From: a virus
Taxonomy: Duplodnaviria > Caudoviricetes
Direction: 5' to 3' (one strand)
Virus record (IMG/VR): IMGVR_UViG_3300011727_000029
Location: 1-64,000 of that record
Length of the DNA stretch: 64,000 bases
The position numbers and the translations under genes were made by a program. Below, one piece after another: positions 20,542 to 29,958 of this stretch. Every line of letters begins with the position of its first letter. The first letter of the stretch is position 1. A model generated the notes under the pieces. It did no database searches. It was not told where the DNA came from and saw only the letters and a list, made by a program, of their open reading frames with translations.

Positions 20542-22481
20542 TATTTTCGAATTACGCGAATGAACTCGCCTATATTCTCTTTAGCATTTTGGTATGGTAA
20601 TTTATTAAGAATGTAATATTGTTGTTCTTGTTCGAAGTAATACACAACATCAAAACGTAAATTTTGAATGTCGACTGGTGTAAGATTCTTTAATTTGATA
20701 AAATGTTTGCGGGAGTTATTTATCAATGAATCAAGTGAAAGATACTCATTTTTTATGATTTCTGAAAATGATAAATCAGAATAATCTTCTTGTGCAAAAC
20801 CTGGTACTTTTATACTATCATTTATTCTTTCATAGGAAAGATTAATTTCATTTTGATTTTCTTTTGATCTTATGAAATAGTACCTATTTGAAAGATCTTT
20901 GTATTTTATCTCTGTAGTTGGATTTCCATTTTCGTCTTCTTTTTCTTGAACTTCCTTTTGCCATATCATATAGACATTTGAATCAAATTTTTGAGTAGAG
21001 CTTACAGGAAAATTAATTTTGTCTTTTTCAACAGTGTAAATTTTTGATTGAATAGAATCAACCTCATCTTCTAAATTTTGATTGTTCACTTTTAGGAAGC
21101 CATCATTATAATTTGAATTTTCAGTATTGTATTTGTATTTGAAGTTATTTCTTTGAGCATAATTATTGTAAACATATTCTTCGTTAATACGCCCATTAAA
21201 TTTATCAGTCCAATTAACAACTTCAGCGTTTATTCTTTCATCAGTTGTAAGAAATAAAACCTTATTATCTTTTAGAGGTATAGGAGTTAATCCAAATTGC
21301 CAAAGGAATTCTTTGAAAAAATCTTTTATTCCGAAATCTATTAACGCGTCTTTAAAACTTATAACTCCAAGAGAAATCTGATAAATGGAAAAATTGAAAT
21401 TATCAATAATCAATTCATTTAATCCCCAGCTTGGCCTATTCTCATAAATTTCAACATACACAAACGAAATTACGTCTCCAATGTTAACAGAAAAATTTAT
21501 TTCTAAATCTTTATTGTCCATGTATATTTTCTTATTAGTTTGATTACCATTAATACATAGAGTTAAATTTGGTGTTCTATTATCTATTCTTCTTGGATCT
21601 GTTTGATCATTAGGTTCTTCCCAATAATACTTTGCTAACCCATCTCCTTTATATTTAATATTGTAAGTTCCGGCCTTTTCAACTTTATATTCTTTATCAT
21701 TTAGCCATTCTCCTTCAATGGCATTGAAACCATTGTTTAAATCTATATATGAAATTCCATCATCATACAAAGGGTTTACAAGGTTTAAAACTGAACCGGT
21801 TGAAACTAATACTGGATCTATTGTAATCTCTTCAGAAATTTCTGGAGATGGTTTTGGATAAGTCATCCACCAATTAAGATACTTAGGGTTTGAAAAAACA
21901 GAGCCAATAAATGTGAATCCAAATGTTTCTTGAATTTTTTCTATCAAATATTTACATCTTATTGATGGGATAAGATATTCTATGTTTACAAAATATTCTC
22001 CCCTAATTGATAGATGAGATTTTCCATTATAATCAGCTATGATGTATCTATAATATTCGTTTTGAAAAGAGTTATAAACAGAATATAAATCTTTGTTATG
22101 TTCTGTCTCAGAAATATCCAAATCAGTACCTATTGTCTTATTTTCAATTGCCTTAAATAAATCAATTATTCCAGAATATAGATTTAAATTGTAACTATCA
22201 TCTGTATTATTTACAATTGCCCAACCGTTATAAATAACCGGTATTGTATCTTCAAAAAGTGATGCGTTAATTTTCTGATACGGTAGAATAGAAGTATCTC
22301 CAACCAATCCAAGCCCCTCAAATATCATTGTATTTCTTTTTGTTCTTGGAAGTGAAATAGTATTTGTGAAAGTGGTTTGCCGACTTTCTACATCTCCAAT
22401 ATCATTAACTTGAAAATTGTATTGAATTGGATCGCTTTGATTGAGTTCGCAAAGCTGATTATTTAGATAAAGTTCTTTCAT
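20541..22481 (-). CDS. Tail tip/baseplate hub-like protein
   Basis: 646 aa next to tape measure; SRQTTFTNTISLPRT motif. Confidence 0.65.
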   Translation of the reverse strand: MKELYLNNQLCELNQSDPIQYNFQVNDIGDVESRQTTFTNTISLPRTKRNTMIFEGLGLVGDTSILPYQKINASLFEDTIPVIYNGWAIVNNTDDSYNLNLYSGIIDLFKAIENKTIGTDLDISETEHNKDLYSVYNSFQNEYYRYIIADYNGKSHLSIRGEYFVNIEYLIPSIRCKYLIEKIQETFGFTFIGSVFSNPKYLNWWMTYPKPSPEISEEITIDPVLVSTGSVLNLVNPLYDDGISYIDLNNGFNAIEGEWLNDKEYKVEKAGTYNIKYKGDGLAKYYWEEPNDQTDPRRIDNRTPNLTLCINGNQTNKKIYMDNKDLEINFSVNIGDVISFVYVEIYENRPSWGLNELIIDNFNFSIYQISLGVISFKDALIDFGIKDFFKEFLWQFGLTPIPLKDNKVLFLTTDERINAEVVNWTDKFNGRINEEYVYNNYAQRNNFKYKYNTENSNYNDGFLKVNNQNLEDEVDSIQSKIYTVEKDKINFPVSSTQKFDSNVYMIWQKEVQEKEDENGNPTTEIKYKDLSNRYYFIRSKENQNEINLSYERINDSIKVPGFAQEDYSDLSFSEIIKNEYLSLDSLINNSRKHFIKLKNLTPVDIQNLRFDVVYYFEQEQQYYILNKLPYQNAKENIGEFIRVIRK

Positions 22482-22801
22482 TTCTCAATTTTTAACTTAA
22501 CGCCAAACTTCTTTTCAATTAATGAAATTTGATAATTCAAATCTTTATCTTGTTTCTGCTTTAAAATTTCTTCTTTGGATTTTTTAGTTACTGAATATTC
22601 AGTAAAACCACCATAACCACAATCTCGTTCAGCTCCATATTCATCTCGTAATACTTTCCAATTCCATTCTTCTTTAGGGAATGCTAATGAAAAAACTTCA
22701 CCTTTAGATGTATTATGTATAGTAAATTTTAAAGTATTATTTGATATTCTATAATACTCAAATCCTTTTTCTAATAATTGTAATTCTGTAATCTCCTTCA
22801 T
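22478..22801 (-). CDS. Hypothetical protein
   Basis: 107 aa, translationally coupled to neighbours. Confidence 0.7.
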   Translation of the reverse strand: MKEITELQLLEKGFEYYRISNNTLKFTIHNTSKGEVFSLAFPKEEWNWKVLRDEYGAERDCGYGGFTEYSVTKKSKEEILKQKQDKDLNYQISLIEKKFGVKLKIEK

Positions 22802-23760
22802 TACTTCATTGTTAAAATTGGTTGTTTAATTAGTTCAAGTTCGATTCTTGAATTCTTTGAATTACTTTTGAACTCATAACCGCTAGTTACTTTAACTCTT
22901 GACCATGCATTAACATTTTCTGCGATTTCACCATAATTTAAGTTATAAACATAAACTTCTGGAGAGTGAAATAAAGTTCTTACTAACGGCTCGTATTGCT
23001 TTGGTATTTGTCCGAAAATTTTAATTTTCTCTTGTACATCTACACCTGAAGGAGATGTTATTTGATTTTCTTCTGTATAATCTTGAACATTATCAATTGT
23101 TTCATTTCCTTGCGTAACTTGACCATTTAGAATTTGTCTTGGATTAAATAACCAGTACGAGTAATTATTTTTAGAATCCAACCATTTTAAATAGGTTCCT
23201 TGAAATGGATACATCTCGATTCCATACAGTGGTCCTGCTGGAAGATTTTGCATAGTAGCGAATTCATTTGCGTCTCCTAAGTATTCAACTTGTGCTGCAA
23301 CTCTTTTATATCCATTTTCTGAAAGTTTATTTATAGTGAAAGGATAACCTGCCCAAACTTTGACTTCTTCTGAAATAGAATGAACTCCACTTTCTAGGTA
23401 ATTCTTTTCTCCTGGTTGTGACACACCGTGAACAAATGTTTTTACGATTGTTAATTCTTCAGTAGTATCATTTGAAAAAGTTAATTTGAAATTAATTGAA
23501 ACATCAGCCTGATAATCAACATCAACCTCTCCGCCTTGCAATCCTAAATCAAATTGTTTGTCCTTGAAATTTGGAAGAAAATTAATTACATATTGAGAAA
23601 TATCAACTTTAAATTTTCCGTTGATAGGATAGAAGGTTCCTTTGAAATATGTTCCGGAACTTGAAAATATTACGTCAAGTTCAACCGCATCACTTTCGAT
23701 GAAAACGTAATTCGGCGTATGAACGAAATAATAATTATGCTGTAATCCTTGTATTTCCAT
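22801..23760 (-). CDS. Tail protein (distal-tail-like)
   Basis: YLKWLDSKNNYSYWLF and LFHSPEVYVY motifs; tail-module position. Confidence 0.55.
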   Translation of the reverse strand: MEIQGLQHNYYFVHTPNYVFIESDAVELDVIFSSSGTYFKGTFYPINGKFKVDISQYVINFLPNFKDKQFDLGLQGGEVDVDYQADVSINFKLTFSNDTTEELTIVKTFVHGVSQPGEKNYLESGVHSISEEVKVWAGYPFTINKLSENGYKRVAAQVEYLGDANEFATMQNLPAGPLYGIEMYPFQGTYLKWLDSKNNYSYWLFNPRQILNGQVTQGNETIDNVQDYTEENQITSPSGVDVQEKIKIFGQIPKQYEPLVRTLFHSPEVYVYNLNYGEIAENVNAWSRVKVTSGYEFKSNSKNSRIELELIKQPILTMK

Positions 23761-24263
23761 TATGCTACTTGTTTGAAAATTTTAATAATATCATCTTGAA
23801 GTTGATCGCTAAATACAACTCCAAGTTCTTGAATCATTGAATCAACATCAGCTTCCAAAAACTCAGTTAATGCACGTGAAACTATTTTCCCTTTGTTGAA
23901 TTTATTCGGAACTTGAATTCCTTTTTCAGCAATATTCCGAGCGATGATAAATGCGAACTGTTCTTTCTTTTCTTTGAAAACAGCAGGAAGCCCTTTTTTA
24001 ATTTCAATCCAATTTTCGATGTCTTTTATTGGTGGAAACTTTCCGGATGCACGACCATTCTCAATAAAGAAAGAATGATTCGCACCCCACATGGTAAATA
24101 CAAAATTCCCTTTATTAGACGAACCTTTTGCAGTCCACTCTAATTCCTCCTTGTATCGACCACTCGCAACAATCCCCTCATCTTCATAGATCTTGATTAA
24201 TTTTAATTTTAAAGCCTCAAGATACTTTGTATAGATTCGTTCGAGTTGATTTTGATTTATCAT
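23760..24263 (-). CDS. Neck/tail completion protein
   Basis: ASGR..IENGRASGKFPPIKDIENWI..FIIARNIAEKG. Confidence 0.6.
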   Translation of the reverse strand: MINQNQLERIYTKYLEALKLKLIKIYEDEGIVASGRYKEELEWTAKGSSNKGNFVFTMWGANHSFFIENGRASGKFPPIKDIENWIEIKKGLPAVFKEKKEQFAFIIARNIAEKGIQVPNKFNKGKIVSRALTEFLEADVDSMIQELGVVFSDQLQDDIIKIFKQVA

Positions 24264-24727
24264 AGTTCTACATTTATGGAGTAATTCACTTTGACACCGT
24301 CAAGATTGTTATCGTACACGTTCACGACTTCAGATTCTTTAGCACGTGTTATATTGAAATCTTCACATAATCCGAATTGATTATAGAAGCTCTGAAGCAC
24401 TTTCTTTAAATGCTTGATGTGATTATCATATTTTTGATTATAATCCTTGTCATCTATTCTCGATCTAACCGCAAGAACGAATTCGCCTGTGAAATCAATT
24501 CGAGTAGGAGTAGAGAATTCGTTGAATATCGTTTCATCATCATTCCAAAGAAGCAAACAATAGATTTGCTTTTCTTCGAATGGATTTTCGCAGTCATCCG
24601 GAAAATCAACTAAGTTTTGCCAAACATCACTACCTTGATTGAACTTCCAACCAAGCGAGTTACTAATTACTTTTATTTTTTCTGCTAACAATTTCTTGCA
24701 TTTTATCATTAAACATTCGCTTGTCAT
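24260..24727 (-). CDS. Probable tail terminator/neck protein
   Basis: 155 aa between neck genes. Confidence 0.5.
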   Translation of the reverse strand: MTSECLMIKCKKLLAEKIKVISNSLGWKFNQGSDVWQNLVDFPDDCENPFEEKQIYCLLLWNDDETIFNEFSTPTRIDFTGEFVLAVRSRIDDKDYNQKYDNHIKHLKKVLQSFYNQFGLCEDFNITRAKESEVVNVYDNNLDGVKVNYSINVEL

Positions 24728-25256
24728 TTAACAGACATAGCTTTCTGAAAATATATTCGTATGATTTATTTAAGTAAAATTCTTCTTTCGTTGAATCTCC
24801 GTTAGTTAATCCATCAAGCGTAACATAGTAGTCGTATTTCTCGAATTCTTCTGAACCAGCTTCTTTTTCTTCCTCGCTTGCTTCGTAGTTTAGATTTTCT
24901 TTTTCAGATTCTGCAATATCTTCGAGTTGGTTGGTAATCCATTTTATACACGAAAAATAATTGAAGATGTCAAGGTTCAATATTTGTTTTTCGGTAACTG
25001 CATAAATATTTTTGAAAATAGAAAGTAAATCTTCGTTATCGTAATCATGTCGAATTTCAATTAATTCAATCCATTTAAGGGACCAAAAATTATTTATTCT
25101 AGGTTCAATTACTTTTCTTCCTATTCTCAAGCTCGGATTAGCTTTTGGAATAATCAGTTTAATGTATTCCTGAACCTCATCATCAAGGAAAACGTAATCT
25201 TTGACCTTTGGCCTTTTATCGAAAATAGAATCTATTGTGTACTTGACTTTCCCCAT
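24663..25256 (-). CDS. Tail assembly chaperone-like protein (single frame)
   Basis: C-terminal GDSTKEEFYLNKS matches the -1-frame ORF 61305..61604 of prophage 2. Confidence 0.5.
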   Translation of the reverse strand: MGKVKYTIDSIFDKRPKVKDYVFLDDEVQEYIKLIIPKANPSLRIGRKVIEPRINNFWSLKWIELIEIRHDYDNEDLLSIFKNIYAVTEKQILNLDIFNYFSCIKWITNQLEDIAESEKENLNYEASEEEKEAGSEEFEKYDYYVTLDGLTNGDSTKEEFYLNKSYEYIFRKLCLLNDKRMFNDKMQEIVSRKNKSN

Positions 25257-26539
25257 GATCCACTTGATTTATATTCAAAATACATTCGCATTGCTAAGGC
25301 ATCAGAATAATCTGGAGACCTTCCTATATTTTGTTTTATTTCTGTTTTTGGCTTTATTTTCATTTTCCCATCAGAATCAGCGTCCCAACTTTCGACTTGT
25401 TCTAATTCTTCAGCAATCCAATCTTTTTGTTGTTGAGATAATTCGCAATCAAAAAATATTTCATTGTTATTGATTTTATCAGCTAGCTTATAGTAGCATT
25501 GAGTTTTTAAGTTTTGGTAATTCTCGTCTTTTAATGCTCTTGAATTATTTACAAAACCAACTATTTTGCAGTTGTCAACAACACCACCACCGACACCATC
25601 CTCGTCAGCAATTATATTTTTATTAGGTATTTTATATTTTACTTTTAAAGCGTTTATAGCATTCTGAATATCTGTTGTTCTACTTAAATCAAATTCGATA
25701 AGCTCTTTTATTCTCCAGCCACTCCAAACGTAAATCACAGCTTTATCAGAACCTAATCGAGCGATATCAGCAGATATATATCCTTTAGATTCTTCAGCAT
25801 GAGTATTTGTGAACACGCTTAAAATATCATCATAAGACATCAACGCATTTGGATTGTCGTCATATTCCCAATTACCATAATACAAACGTTCTCTTGAATT
25901 TTTATCTAATGCAAGAAGTGAACTTAAATATGACTTTGGTAAGTGTGGATTATCAGTTGGTAATGCTTGAATGAATTTTCGATAAGCTTTTAAAGTCTTT
26001 TCTTTTGCTGCTTTATAAAATTCTGAGTAAGTCCAGTTCTTAGCAGGATTACAACTCCCTAAAAGTTTAGGTATTAAATTAAATTCATTTAACTTAAAAC
26101 GAATACGAGATTTAACAACTTGCCATGCTTTATAAACTATCTGGTTACATTCGTCAATAAATGCTCCTGTAATTTCTAACGAACCTAAGCTGTCAAAATT
26201 TGGATCGGATGGATATAGAAATAAATCTTTCAAGATTATTTCACTACCATTCCACCACTTGATAATACTCGACTGAGCGTTGTAGATATATTGGTTAGCT
26301 AAATCAAGCTTAGAAGATAAATCAAAAAAGGTGTTTAGTGTAGTTTCTTTTAAAGCTTTCAATTTTGAACGCCCCATTAACCAGCGTGAGCCAGCGTAAT
26401 TTTGGCAATTTTCTATCAGCCATAAACAACCAAGCGCACTTTTACCACCTCCAGCAGCACCACCATAAAGTACTTCTTCAGTAGTATCATCTTTAAGAAA
26501 ATAAAGAGCATGTTCTTGTTTGATTAATAATTCTAACAT
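25232..26539 (-). CDS. terL: Terminase large subunit
   Basis: YGGAAGGGKS Walker A, FIDE Walker B, ADIAR and RSPDYSDALAM nuclease motifs. Confidence 0.95.
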   Translation of the reverse strand: MLELLIKQEHALYFLKDDTTEEVLYGGAAGGGKSALGCLWLIENCQNYAGSRWLMGRSKLKALKETTLNTFFDLSSKLDLANQYIYNAQSSIIKWWNGSEIILKDLFLYPSDPNFDSLGSLEITGAFIDECNQIVYKAWQVVKSRIRFKLNEFNLIPKLLGSCNPAKNWTYSEFYKAAKEKTLKAYRKFIQALPTDNPHLPKSYLSSLLALDKNSRERLYYGNWEYDDNPNALMSYDDILSVFTNTHAEESKGYISADIARLGSDKAVIYVWSGWRIKELIEFDLSRTTDIQNAINALKVKYKIPNKNIIADEDGVGGGVVDNCKIVGFVNNSRALKDENYQNLKTQCYYKLADKINNNEIFFDCELSQQQKDWIAEELEQVESWDADSDGKMKIKPKTEIKQNIGRSPDYSDALAMRMYFEYKSSGSWGKSSTQ

Positions 26540-27048
26540 TATCCTTCTGGGTTAATTCCTTTACCTAATTGTATCACATTAATACTTTCGCCTTTAGTTG
26601 TGTGGTCTGTTTCTTGTTTATTTCTCCAGTTTTCTGATTGACGATTAGTAAGCCAAAATTTAATTGCATTTGTATCTGGAGGTAATTGTTCTTGTAATGT
26701 TACTACTTCAACACCTTCGATAATCTTTAATGTTTCAGGATCAATCTTTTTTACTTTAACTTCTTTTTCTTTAGTCAAAGTAGCTCCTAGACAATTTTGA
26801 TAAAGAGATTTTGCTACTTGAATATCTGCAATTTCCTTGCCCGCGCGTATGGACTCAAAAAACTCTTCATGTTCTTTTTTCCAATTATTAATTGTTTGTT
26901 CAGTAACATTAAAAAACTCCCCTAATTGCTTATCTGTAGCACCTAATAAACAATAATTGAAAGCTTGTTCATTATATTCTTTTTTGTAAAGCGTTGGAGC
27001 CCCTCCTTCGTTACCTTCTGCGTATTTATTTCCTTTAGGCGCTGCCAT
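26539..27048 (-). CDS. terS: Terminase small subunit
   Basis: MAAPKGNKYA start, HTH, PPDTNAIKFWL; directly upstream of terL. Confidence 0.9.
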   Translation of the reverse strand: MAAPKGNKYAEGNEGGAPTLYKKEYNEQAFNYCLLGATDKQLGEFFNVTEQTINNWKKEHEEFFESIRAGKEIADIQVAKSLYQNCLGATLTKEKEVKVKKIDPETLKIIEGVEVVTLQEQLPPDTNAIKFWLTNRQSENWRNKQETDHTTKGESINVIQLGKGINPEG

Positions 27049-27049
27049 C

Positions 27050-27172
27050 TTAACTCATTTTTAAATACAACCAATAAATGAAATAACAAAGTGCTGCTAA
27101 TCCTGTAATTGAAGTAAAAGTTGATGAGATTAAAAAATACCAAAAGATTATGTTTTCTTTTTTTGTACTCAT
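27050..27172 (-). CDS. 40-aa single-TM peptide (not in ORF track)
   Basis: MSTKKENIIFWYFLISSTFTSITGLAALCYFIYWLYLKMS; ATGA overlap with upstream gene. Confidence 0.55.
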   Translation of the reverse strand: MSTKKENIIFWYFLISSTFTSITGLAALCYFIYWLYLKMS

Positions 27173-27351
27173 AGTTTATAGTTTTTACTTGTGTTTAATT
27201 CAAATTCGAAATGCCAAGATGTATTTGCTCCGCAAGCAACTCTATATTGAATTGAATTTTGCTCGTATAATACTCCTGTGATTATTCTTTCTTTTTGGTC
27301 TTCGTCTGTTATTAGATATATAATATCTTCTAAATTGTATTTTGCTTTCAT
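27169..27351 (-). CDS. Hypothetical protein
   Basis: 60 aa, KYNLEDIIYLITD..YRVA pattern. Confidence 0.7.
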   Translation of the reverse strand: MKAKYNLEDIIYLITDEDQKERIITGVLYEQNSIQYRVACGANTSWHFEFELNTSKNYKL

Positions 27352-27374
27352 AGCTCCTTTACTTTAGTATAAAT

Positions 27375-27409
27375 AAAAAAGGCTTGGCTTATAATTAAAC
27401 CAAGCCTTA
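27375..27409 (-). terminator. Intrinsic terminator upstream of late genes
   Basis: AAGGCTTGG-loop-CCAAGCCTT followed by T run on minus strand. Confidence 0.75.
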
Positions 27410-27520
27410 TGACTTTTTTGGAAGTAACCACCCTATTTTGAAACATCTATTAAAATTATCATGATAAACAAAAACATTTCTACTTCCTTTAAGCTTTCGC
27501 TTAGGTGATGAACGACTCAT
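27407..27520 (-). CDS. Possible 37-aa basic peptide
   Basis: MSRSSPKRKLKGSRNVFVYHDNFNRCFKIGWLLPKKS; stop abuts the terminator. Confidence 0.35.
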   Translation of the reverse strand: MSRSSPKRKLKGSRNVFVYHDNFNRCFKIGWLLPKKS

Positions 27521-27656
27521 TTTGGACTTTTTGACTGGTAGTCTAACCAGTACTCTTTAATTTCCCGCAAAAGAAAAGAGCCACTTCGACAGCATTAACT
27601 CAACAACATTATAGAGGCTCTTTAAACAACCAACCTAATACTATTTGAATATGTAA

Positions 27657-27664
27657 CAAATATA
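27657..27664 (-). promoter_or_regulatory. Candidate late promoter -7 element
   Basis: TATATTTG on minus strand between HNH and terminase. Confidence 0.6.
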
Positions 27665-27704
27665 GTAAAAATATACAACAAGTTATATAACTAAATGAAA
27701 AAAG

Positions 27705-27992
27705 TCAAAATTTTTTTAATCTTTTTTTATGAATATCAGTTAAATCCTCTTTTGTCAGTTCATTTGCATGAGCTTTGTTATGACAGCTCCGGCAAAGGGC
27801 GATTAAATTTTCGATTTGATCCTGGAGATGTTTCATTTTCTTGCCGAATTCTGAACGACGTTTGATGTGATGAATATCTTCTGCTTTCTTTCCGCATACT
27901 TCGCAATCGTAGTACCCTGTATGACTTGGAAAATGTTCTGTGTAAACTTTATGATGTTTTTGCATTGAAGTGAATTTATTTAAATCTTTCAT
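27705..27992 (-). CDS. HNH endonuclease
   Basis: CEVCG..DIHHI..NLIALCRSCHNKAH. Confidence 0.9.
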   Translation of the reverse strand: MKDLNKFTSMQKHHKVYTEHFPSHTGYYDCEVCGKKAEDIHHIKRRSEFGKKMKHLQDQIENLIALCRSCHNKAHANELTKEDLTDIHKKRLKKF

Positions 27993-28284
27993 TGTAAATC
28001 TGATTAGCTTTTATTATTGCTTGTTTCCACCAGTTTGTAAATCCGTATTTTGTTAGCTCTTCGTAAGTGCAATCAATGACGTGTTGAACTTCTTCTTGGC
28101 CATTCCAATCTGTAACAATCATTCTTGTGTTAACAGTGTCTTTATCGATTGTTATTGCTTTTTGAGTTTCAAACCATTCTACGATTAGTGCGCTTTTAAA
28201 ACTTTCGCTTAATAAATCAAAAGTTACTTCATTGTAATTAACTTTTTTAAAGAATTCCTCTTCCGCTTTTCCTGTTAGTTCCAT
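27976..28284 (-). CDS. Hypothetical phage protein
   Basis: Coupled ORF in early operon. Confidence 0.7.
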   Translation of the reverse strand: MELTGKAEEEFFKKVNYNEVTFDLLSESFKSALIVEWFETQKAITIDKDTVNTRMIVTDWNGQEEVQHVIDCTYEELTKYGFTNWWKQAIIKANQIYNERFK

Positions 28285-28520
28285 TACTTTATGTTTTCTG
28301 TGTTAAGTATTTCTTTTATTAATTCCGGGTTTTCCATCCAAATTAATTCTTCTGTAATACGTTCTTTCAAATCCTCTTGTACTATTTGGATTACTGCGTT
28401 AAAAGCATTTTCTAGAACTTCATATTCTTGATATTCTACATTATAGTTAAATAGTTCTTCCCAATTTTCATACCCTTGCTCCTTAGCGTATTCGTCCTGT
28501 ATTTGTTGTAGTGTTTTCAT
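28284..28520 (-). CDS. Hypothetical phage protein
   Basis: Coupled ORF in early operon. Confidence 0.7.
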   Translation of the reverse strand: MKTLQQIQDEYAKEQGYENWEELFNYNVEYQEYEVLENAFNAVIQIVQEDLKERITEELIWMENPELIKEILNTENIK

Positions 28521-28524
28521 CTCT

Positions 28525-28935
28525 TTAATAAATTGGCGGTTTAGGTTTTTCTATTGGTTGGTAGTGGGTAACTATTTTCATCCAATCACTATTTTGCTTT
28601 TGTGTATCAGCGTAAGGAAAATTTGAACTATGCCAATATTGAATTACAATCTTTCCATCCCAAATAACCCAATAATCACCTTTTTCATTAGGCAAATCCT
28701 CCTCACTTTGTATTTTAATCCAACCGTTGTTGTGTTCTATCCCTTGTAGTGATTTTGGTCTAAAAATACTTACCCCACCTCCCGGCATAAACTGTACATT
28801 TTGAAATACTGATTGAACTTCTTTTAAAACTTTACTGCTTTTATAATGCAAATAGCCGTCTTCTAATGAAATTCTATCTTCATATTTTTCAAACAATTCT
28901 CCCCAAGCTTCTTTTATTATCTCTTCTTTTGTCAT
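28525..28935 (-). CDS. Hypothetical phage protein
   Basis: GWIKI..DLP..VTHYQPIEKPKPP C-terminal motif. Confidence 0.75.
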   Translation of the reverse strand: MTKEEIIKEAWGELFEKYEDRISLEDGYLHYKSSKVLKEVQSVFQNVQFMPGGGVSIFRPKSLQGIEHNNGWIKIQSEEDLPNEKGDYWVIWDGKIVIQYWHSSNFPYADTQKQNSDWMKIVTHYQPIEKPKPPIY

Positions 28936-28938
28936 ACC

Positions 28939-29244
28939 TTAAAATGTTGGTTCGAATGAAACTATTTTTTCTGCAAATTCTACCGCTTCTTTTGGTTCGG
29001 TAATGTTTAACCACATGAATACATTTTCAGCGTAAATACAAAACCCTTGATTGATTCCACTGTTACCAAAAAGAAGAGCCGGCAACTCATCTTCTCTCAA
29101 ACCGTTTTCCTCCATTACTTCCTGCTTAATATGATCTTGAATTAAGCATTTTGAATAATAAAACATTGGATCTGTTTCGTCTTTTACGAAACCTAATGCG
29201 ATGAATTTCTCATCATTATTTTTAAAAAATTCTTCTTTTGTCAT
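28939..29244 (-). CDS. Hypothetical phage protein
   Basis: 101-aa ORF in operon. Confidence 0.7.
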   Translation of the reverse strand: MTKEEFFKNNDEKFIALGFVKDETDPMFYYSKCLIQDHIKQEVMEENGLREDELPALLFGNSGINQGFCIYAENVFMWLNITEPKEAVEFAEKIVSFEPTF

Positions 29245-29265
29245 GATTATTTGTTTTTGATTAGT

Positions 29266-29607
29266 TTATTCGTGAATGTTTCCGATTATTTCGATTTCTT
29301 CTGTTTTAGGTATATCTAAATTTAAAATGTATGTGTCAGAGTTTTTAAATCTAAACGCTCCATTAATAAACTTAACTACAAATATTACAGAGCCTCCAAG
29401 TTTAACTCTATCCCCTTCAAAAATCTTATTTCCGTTTTTGTCTAGTATCCCGGTGAAGTATTCTGAATTATTCCAATTGAAATAAAGTTCATAAAAAGAT
29501 GGTTCTAATTCATTTTTTAACTCTTTATCAGAATAATATTTCCCATTGAAGAAGTAGTAAAAACTTTCTAATTCTTCATCGTAACTTCTAATTAATATTT
29601 CTCTCAT
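29266..29607 (-). CDS. YopX family protein
   Basis: MREILIR..FTGILDKNGNKIFEGD..EIIGNIHE. Confidence 0.9.
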   Translation of the reverse strand: MREILIRSYDEELESFYYFFNGKYYSDKELKNELEPSFYELYFNWNNSEYFTGILDKNGNKIFEGDRVKLGGSVIFVVKFINGAFRFKNSDTYILNLDIPKTEEIEIIGNIHE

Positions 29608-29609
29608 AA

Positions 29610-29852
29610 TTAATCTTCTGTATCTAATTCTGAAAGTTCACAATCCCATTCCATACAATCACTTTCTTGAATATTAGTTGATAACCAATCTGCTGCATTC
29701 GGAAATTGCATTCCTGAAATTCCAGATGGAGAAATGGTTGTTCCGTTTTCAATACATTCTAACAATTCATCGTAAACATTATCTTCAACTTCTAAATCAC
29801 ATAGTGATACTGTGTATGTTATTTCAACATCTATTTGTTTTATTTTTTTCAT
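29610..29852 (-). CDS. Small highly acidic protein
   Basis: 80 aa, 20 Asp/Glu. Confidence 0.7.
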   Translation of the reverse strand: MKKIKQIDVEITYTVSLCDLEVEDNVYDELLECIENGTTISPSGISGMQFPNAADWLSTNIQESDCMEWDCELSELDTED

Positions 29853-29856
29853 ATTG

Positions 29857-29958
29857 TTAGTGTTTTAAAATCCCCCAAATCACAATTGCAGTTAACACAG
29901 CTGTTGTAGTTAAAATTTGAATTACACGGAAACATCCGCCTTTCTCGTATTTTGTCAT
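29857..29958 (-). CDS. 33-aa hydrophobic peptide (not in ORF track)
   Basis: MTKYEKGGCFRVIQILTTTAVLTAIVIWGILKH; ATGA overlap. Confidence 0.5.
   Translation of the reverse strand: MTKYEKGGCFRVIQILTTTAVLTAIVIWGILKH

Noticed and set aside
28921-29244. Identical first 14 nt (ATGACAAAAGAAGA) of two adjacent genes
   Set aside because: Too short, and a common start in this AT-rich operon; no further similarity
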